From Deinococcus sp. (GTDB taxonomy: Bacteria; Deinococcota; Deinococci; Deinococcales; Deinococcaceae), in assembly GCA_965261005.1 (NCBI GenBank), contig OZ253375.1, positions 1,792,001-1,856,000 of the forward strand: DNA of 64,000 bases, given 5' to 3'. Below are positions 58,500-64,000 of the stretch, piece by piece. Below the pieces are notes generated by a model. It was given only the letters and a program-made list of their open reading frames with translations, did no database searches and had not been told where the DNA came from. Both the position numbers and the translations under genes were made by a program. Each line of letters starts with the position of its first letter. The stretch's first letter is position 1.

Positions 58500-58961
58500 G
58501 TGATCAGCAAGGACCAGCGCCAAAAGCGCATTCAGGAAATCATCGCCCGCGAAAACGTCTCCACCCAGGCCGAACTGGTGGAACGCCTGCGCGCCGAGGG
58601 CGTGCGGGTCACGCAGGCGACCGTGTCGCGCGACATCAACGAGTTGCGCCTTGTGCGGCTGCCCATCGGCAAAAGCAAGCACCGCTACTCGCTGGCGCAG
58701 GTGCGCAGCGAGACCGACGTGATGGACGAGTTGGGGGGTCTGTTTCGCAACTTCGTCTCGGACATCGACCGGGGCGAGAACCTGCTGATTCTCAAGACCG
58801 CCGAGGGGCATGCCAGCGGCGTCGCCTACCTGATTGACAAGCTGCGCCGCGACGAGATCGTGGGCACTCTGGCCGGCCAAGACACCATTTTGCTGGTCGC
58901 GCGCACGGTGGCCGAGGGTGAGGCGCTCTTGGAGGAGTTGCACGGCCTGATGCTCGGTTAA
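58500..58961 (+). CDS. argR: arginine repressor
   Basis: [26 protein letters not shown]. Confidence 0.95.
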   Translation: MISKDQRQKRIQEIIARENVSTQAELVERLRAEGVRVTQATVSRDINELRLVRLPIGKSKHRYSLAQVRSETDVMDELGGLFRNFVSDIDRGENLLILKTAEGHASGVAYLIDKLRRDEIVGTLAGQDTILLVARTVAEGEALLEELHGLMLG

Positions 58962-58985
58962 CTGACGCTCGGTTAGACTCGCAGT

Positions 58986-59615
58986 GTGGACGCCGCCCTC
59001 GCCCTGGTCGCCCAGACCTTTCTCACCATGCTGGTCGTGATGGACCCGGTCGGGCTGGCGCCGGTCTTTCTGGGCTTGGCCGGCGCGCGCCCCGCCTTCG
59101 AGCGGCGTGCCTTGGCCCTCAAGGCGACCGTGGTGGCGGGCCTGATCATCCTGGTGTTCGGCTTGATCGGACGGGGGCTGTTGGGGCAGCTCGGCATCAG
59201 CCTGGACGCCTTTCGGGTGGCGGGTGGGGTGCTGCTCTTTCTGATCGCCCTCGACATGGTCTTTGCGCGCCAAAGCGGCACCCGCGAAACGCCCGCCGAG
59301 GAGGCCGAGGCGCGGGAGCGCGAGGATATCAGCGTGTTTCCCATCGCCATTCCCCTGATCGCCGGCCCCGGCACCCTCGCCAGCGTGATGATCCTGGTGG
59401 GCGACGCGCACGGCAACGCCGTGCTGGTGGGCGCCGTGCTGCTGGTGACCCTCGCCGTGCTGACGCTGTGCTACCTGGCGCTGCGGCTGTCCGGCCAGAT
59501 CGCGCGCCTGATCGGCTTGACCGGCGTCAACGTGGTCACGCGGGTGCTGGGCGTGCTGCTGGGCGCCTTGGCCGTGCAATACGTGGCCGACGGGGTGCGG
59601 GGCTTCTTGGGGTGA
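58986..59615 (+). CDS. MarC family membrane protein
   Basis: [32 protein letters not shown]. Confidence 0.93.
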   Translation: MDAALALVAQTFLTMLVVMDPVGLAPVFLGLAGARPAFERRALALKATVVAGLIILVFGLIGRGLLGQLGISLDAFRVAGGVLLFLIALDMVFARQSGTRETPAEEAEAREREDISVFPIAIPLIAGPGTLASVMILVGDAHGNAVLVGAVLLVTLAVLTLCYLALRLSGQIARLIGLTGVNVVTRVLGVLLGALAVQYVADGVRGFLG

Positions 59616-59630
59616 CGAGGCGGAAACACA

Positions 59631-59661
59631 GAACCGCCGCGTCCGTCGGACGCGGCGGTTC
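59631..59661. terminator. hairpin between convergent genes
   Basis: GAACCGCCGCGTCCG-T-CGGACGCGGCGGTTC. Confidence 0.7.
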
Positions 59662-60212
59662 GATGTGCAACTTCAAGTCAGGGTATAGGAATCCAAGTCA
59701 ACTTCGGACCTTGAGCAAGACCAGGCCTTATAGCATATTGGTTGTACCAGTAATATTCTTCTCCTTGAAGTCTCGCATACGAGTAGAGTTCACACGTTTT
59801 TGTGCCGGCTTCAAATTTTAGAAGACGAACTTGAACTGGAATACTCATAGGAACGTCGTTTACTTGATATACCTTACTCGTATTAATCAGCTCCGCTGAA
59901 CAAGGATCATATCCAGGAATGCCAGCTGCGCCGTCTAAAGTGAACGAAAAAGGTTTAACGCCTTTTTCGGCTGTTACGTTGAGCATTAGGGTGACTATTT
60001 CTCCAGCTCGCACTTTTATTTCATTAGGCTCGAAGGTAAATCTAAAATTGGCGGGTTGCAAGCTTACTTCTAGATCAGCGCTGGCAACGTCTTTACCGTT
60101 AACGCTTGCTACTATACGGTATTTTGTAGGCAGATTAGGTACAAGGGGAATATAAGACGATGCGTAAAACTTTAGATCGCTGCTCAAGGGACCTTTGCCT
60201 GAGAAGTTTACC

Positions 60213-61484
60213 CTGACGGCCTGACAGATTTTATGAGGGTGAGCGAAAAACGAGCTTCCAGCCGACTTCGAGCGTGGTCAGTGGGGTAGGACGAGGGCGC
60301 TTTCGAGTCCCCAGCGGTTCAGGGTCAGGGCCACCCTGGAGGATCAGGCGGGTGAACACCGCCTGACCCCGGCTGAGGGCGTACTGAACGGCCCGTAGAC
60401 CGATTTTGAGATAGCTCAATCCCCGCTGCCAGTGGGGATCAACCACTCGGCGAGCGCCGCTGTGTACGGTCTGAAGTCCCTCCGAGACGAGCAGAAGCGT
60501 AGCGACCGAGATGACCAAGACCAGCCGCTCCAGGCTGGCCACATCGCGAAGTTTGGCATCTTCCAGATCGAAGAGGCCGCTTTTCTCGTCCAGAAACCCC
60601 TCTTCGATCTGGAAGCGTGCGCCGTACTCGGTAAACGTCTTCACGCTCGTCGGTTCGTCACTCACCACCTGCCACTGCTCTAGGCCGTCTGTCGGACGGC
60701 CCAGAGCGACGTGAACGGAACCGAAGTGCTGTCCAGTCAAGGTGATGTTGTGAAAGCAACGGGTCTCTCTGGGCGAAAGTCGCACCTCACCCACCTTGCA
60801 CAACCGCTGTCCATCTGGAGCAGCCAGAATCAAGCTCGATTTGATGCGGATGCGGTAATGCCAGCCGCAGACTCGGAGCCACGCCATCAGTTCCGTATCG
60901 CAGAACCCTCGATCGGCCAGCAGGCGAACTTGATGTAGGCCAAGGAAGTCGAGCATCCCCTTGACTTCGGCCAGCACGGGGAGCAGGTGGGCGGTGCTGA
61001 CCTGGGCGCTGGAATGTTCAAGGACACGCGAGACCAGCGGAACTGCTCGTCCCCGAAAGAGCACCGAGACGCGGATCAGGCAAAACTTCTCGAACAGGAC
61101 GCTGGTATCCAGGGCCAGGATCAGGGGATGTCTGCCCCAGTCGCGGAGGGCACGGGTGATCAGCGGACCGTAAACACTGGTGGGATCAACGGCTGGATTC
61201 TCCAGCCACCGACGAACTCGGCGTTCGCTGCTTTGCGCGAAGGTGGCACGAGAGTGGATGTGAGGGAGCCAAGCGGGGATAGAGCTGCGCTGGGAGAGCA
61301 GCAGGCCGCTGACCATCCAAGCGAGGGTACGCGCATTGCGGATGTCGTTCCAGAGAGCAGTCTGGAGCTGAGCGAGAACAGCTTGATAGAGTCGGGCAGC
61401 GTCCCCGCTGGCATTTTCGGTCTTCACAAACAGAAAGTGTCCCACAGCGGGGACGCTTTCTCATACTTTCTGTCAGGCCCTCAG
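60213..61484 (-). mobile_element. IS4-family insertion sequence, 1272 bp
   Basis: ~25-bp imperfect TIRs CTGA(C/G)GGCCTGACAGA..TATGAG. 10-bp TSD GAAGTTTACC at 60203-60212 and 61485-61494. Confidence 0.95.
60231..61445 (-). CDS. IS4-family DDE transposase
   Basis: ALDTS; ADRGF; YREK motif [15 protein letters not shown]. Confidence 0.93.
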   Translation of the reverse strand: MGHFLFVKTENASGDAARLYQAVLAQLQTALWNDIRNARTLAWMVSGLLLSQRSSIPAWLPHIHSRATFAQSSERRVRRWLENPAVDPTSVYGPLITRALRDWGRHPLILALDTSVLFEKFCLIRVSVLFRGRAVPLVSRVLEHSSAQVSTAHLLPVLAEVKGMLDFLGLHQVRLLADRGFCDTELMAWLRVCGWHYRIRIKSSLILAAPDGQRLCKVGEVRLSPRETRCFHNITLTGQHFGSVHVALGRPTDGLEQWQVVSDEPTSVKTFTEYGARFQIEEGFLDEKSGLFDLEDAKLRDVASLERLVLVISVATLLLVSEGLQTVHSGARRVVDPHWQRGLSYLKIGLRAVQYALSRGQAVFTRLILQGGPDPEPLGTRKRPRPTPLTTLEVGWKLVFRSPS

Positions 61485-62458
61485 GAAGTTTACCTGCTTG
61501 GTCTGCAAATCCAAGCTAAAACCACTGCCCGTTATATCCTCCAGCCGCAAATCGAGCGGGCCGCGAAAGTTTTCGCTGTTGGAGCTGAACGTCGCGCGCA
61601 GCGCTTTGGTTTGGGTCTCCACTATGCTCAGCTCGCTCGACGCCAGCGTCAGCTTCACCTGCGGCTGCTGGGTCTGGCAGTACAGCAGGGGCGTGGCCCA
61701 ATCGGCGTGATCGTAGTACCTGTTGTCCCCCGCGTCCGTCACGACAAGACGCAACTCCTGCGCGCCCGTCACGTTCAGATCGATCTGCTTGGTGGCGCTC
61801 GCCCCGGTCAGTTTGCCGCTGTCGTAGCGCTTGACGCCGTCAAGAAAGACCTGGAAGACGACGCTGCCCTTGTTGCCCACCTCGTCGTCCACGCCGACGT
61901 CGGAGGTAAAGCGCACGCACTGCGCGCCGTTCGTACCCTTCAGGCTGTAGCGGATTTCGCTGTTCGCGTGAACGCCGAAGCCCCTCTTGTAGGTCTTGCC
62001 GTTCAGCGTGAGGGTGTGACCGTCGCCCGCCTTGCTCTCACCGTTGCTGTGGTCCACCTCAATGGGGCCGTAGCCGTTGGTGGCGGCCAGGATCGGCTCG
62101 TAGTACAAGGTATTGACGCCGGGCGTGAGGCTTTGGGTCTGGACTTGATCTGCCGGACGGGTATAGCTCCACGGCTGGTCCGGGCCGTTGGGATAATCGC
62201 TGGCACTCGAATCTGGACCGGCCCCCGGCCCCTGGCCGCAGGCGAAGAGCAGGAGCGGCAAGCCGAGGCCAAGCGCCAAGCGGACAAATCCGGTCACTTT
62301 TTGCATGTGTTCTCCCCATGCATCTCACCCCTCGCGTGAAGGTAGGACGGAGCGGCAAGTTGCGTGCTTCAAGCTAACGCACCGCCGTCAATACTTTCTC
62401 CGGCCATGCTTTACTTCTCTCTAACGCTCGGCGGCCGTGACGCCGCCTCTAGGGGCGG

Positions 62459-63430
62459 CTACAGCGTGACCGCTTGCCCCGTCCGGGCGCTCTTAAATAA
62501 GGCGTCCATCGCGTGGGCCTGGGCCTCGGCGTCGTCCAGGGTGAAGCGCAGGGCCTCCTCGCCGCGCGCCGCCTGGGCGAAGTGCTCGACCATCGCTTGG
62601 TAAGGGTCGGTGGGTGCGAAGCGCTCCAGGTGGTCGCCGAGTTGGAGCGTCACCTCCCGGTCCTTGCTGCCAAAGGGCACGTCCAGATTCAGCACGGCCT
62701 CGCTGCCCGCCAAGGTGAAGTGTTGGTTGTGCTGGGCCGTAAAGCCGCAATCGAAGTGCGCGCCCACGCTCCCCAAGTCGAGCGCCGCCGTCAAATCGGC
62801 GTCCACGTCCCCGGCCAGCCGCTGCACGGCAAAGGCCCGGACAGGCTCCAGGCCCGTCAGCAAGCGGGTGATGTTCAGGCAGTAGCAGCCCACGTCGTAC
62901 AGCGCGCCGCCGCCCTGCGCGGCCCGCCAGCGAAAGTCGTCGGGGCGGTCCAGCACGAAGTCAAAGGCGCTGCGCGCGAAGCGGGCCTCGCCCAACTCGC
63001 CCGCCCCGATCAGCTCGCGCGCCCGCCCGATCTGCGGGTGAAAGCGGTAGGAAAAAGCTTCCAGCACCAGCTTGCCGCTTTCCTGGCTGGCCGCGCGCAT
63101 CTGCCGCACCTCGCCGGCGTTCAGGGCCAGCGGCTTTTCGCACAGGACGTGCTTGCCGGCCCGCAAGGCGGCGAGGGTCAGCGGCAGGTGCAAGTCCCCC
63201 GGCAGCGCGTTGTAGACGGCGTCCACCCGGTCGTCCGCGAGCAAGTCCTGATAGCTGTCGTAGGCGCGCGGCGCGCCGAAGTCACGCGCGAACGCTTGGG
63301 CGCGCCCCAAGTCGCGGGCCGCGACGGCGTGGAGGGTGTTGCCCGGCGCGCCGAGGACGGCGGGCGCCAGCGCGCCCCGGCCGATGCGCGACGCGCCCAG
63401 AAAGCCCCAGCGAAAGTCTGCGGTGGTCAT
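62459..63430 (-). CDS. Gfo/Idh/MocA oxidoreductase
   Basis: WGFLGASRIG; VDAVY; GKHVLCEKPL; GGGALYDVGCY. Confidence 0.95.
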   Translation of the reverse strand: MTTADFRWGFLGASRIGRGALAPAVLGAPGNTLHAVAARDLGRAQAFARDFGAPRAYDSYQDLLADDRVDAVYNALPGDLHLPLTLAALRAGKHVLCEKPLALNAGEVRQMRAASQESGKLVLEAFSYRFHPQIGRARELIGAGELGEARFARSAFDFVLDRPDDFRWRAAQGGGALYDVGCYCLNITRLLTGLEPVRAFAVQRLAGDVDADLTAALDLGSVGAHFDCGFTAQHNQHFTLAGSEAVLNLDVPFGSKDREVTLQLGDHLERFAPTDPYQAMVEHFAQAARGEEALRFTLDDAEAQAHAMDALFKSARTGQAVTL

Positions 63431-63472
63431 GCTTCAGGCATAGCACATTCCCGACCGGCACATCCCCGCCCC

Positions 63473-64000
63473 TCAGCCCGCCATCCGCCGGCGGTACACC
63501 AAGCCCTGCTTGAGGGCCAGGACCAGGCCGCCCAACACCATCACCGCCAGGGCGTCGAAGGTCCAGCGGACGGCGGCGCCGCGTGCGGCGGCCCACTGGC
63601 CGGTCGAAAGGCCGATGCCGATTAGGGTCATGCTGGGCGCCAGGGCGAGGGCGATGTAGACGCCGCCCAGCAGCGGGGTGCGGCGCGACGTGACGATCAG
63701 GCCCGCCGCGATGGCCGCCAGGCCCTCGCCCACGGCGCTCGCGCTTGTGAGCTGCGAAAAGCTGCGCCCCAGCATTCGGTCGTCCAGGTTCATCGAGACG
63801 CCCGGATCGAGCCAGTGCAGCAGCCAAAAAATGGCCGCTCCCCCGAGGGCCATGCACAGGTAGCCGCCGACCACCGCCAGCGCGCCTTGCCGGGTGGCGG
63901 CGCGCGGCCCGTTCAGCAGCCCGGACGGAACGCGCAGCAGCGGCTCGACGTGCGGCCCGAGCAGCTGGCCCGCCAGAATGTAGATCAGTTGCCCTTGCCA
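63473..64000 (-). CDS. DUF389-like membrane protein, C-terminal part (5' end outside the window)
   Basis: Frame is open to the window edge; LLGGVYIALALAPSMTLIGIGLSTGQW. Confidence 0.65.
   Translation of the reverse strand, partial: WQGQLIYILAGQLLGPHVEPLLRVPSGLLNGPRAATRQGALAVVGGYLCMALGGAAIFWLLHWLDPGVSMNLDDRMLGRSFSQLTSASAVGEGLAAIAAGLIVTSRRTPLLGGVYIALALAPSMTLIGIGLSTGQWAAARGAAVRWTFDALAVMVLGGLVLALKQGLVYRRRMAG

Larger units (their letters stand above)
59678..62306 (-). pseudogene. NPCBM/NEW2-domain lipoprotein interrupted by an IS4-family element
   Basis: Lipobox [46 protein letters not shown]. Removing the IS and one TSD gives an in-frame join ...KQVNF-SGKGPLSSDLKF (448 aa). Confidence 0.88.

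Noticed and set aside
56015..58531. Long antisense or alternate-frame ORFs (also 5142-7145, 27044-28723, 57870-59579, 44739-46373)
   Set aside because: Shadow ORFs expected at ~70% GC. They overlap well-supported genes and carry no family motifs.
59678..60187. Independent 169-aa gene
   Set aside because: It is the in-frame 3' half of the IS-interrupted NPCBM lipoprotein gene.

Overview
A GC-rich (roughly 68-70% by eye) chromosomal segment from a Deinococcaceae-like bacterium. The assignment is inferred from the gene set, SNR-like TCATACGG repeats, an HspR HAIR operator and many leaderless TANNNT-N6/7-start promoters. It is mostly housekeeping genes: lptF/G pair, prolyl oligopeptidase, clpP-clpX-lon, SRP RNA (ffs), tRNA-Ile(GAT), udk, csaB, PBP1A-ccdA-ccmAB, phoB-phoR-phoU, FMN riboswitch-ribY-like, YtrA-ABC, corA, subtilisin, liv ABC, pdxY, acyl-ACP desaturase, csp, rpoZ-coaBC-argR and marC. 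Accessory elements are a Phd-VapC toxin-antitoxin pair, one intact IS4-family element (10-bp TSD) that splits an NPCBM lipoprotein gene, and several MITE/REP-like repeats. Two genes are broken as sequenced: an MFS gene (G9 frameshift) and livK (internal TAG). There is no CRISPR array or prophage. The most intriguing observations are (i) two unrelated genes, corA and a RIO1 kinase, that share an overlapping double-uORF leader with SD-sequestering hairpins, (ii) an LptF/G permease with a ~380-aa C-terminal extension ending in a Roadblock-like domain, (iii) a structured candidate sRNA with anti-SD loops, and (iv) probable pseudo-enzymes (PstS-like, LeuDH-like). All calls come from reading the sequence; no searches were run.
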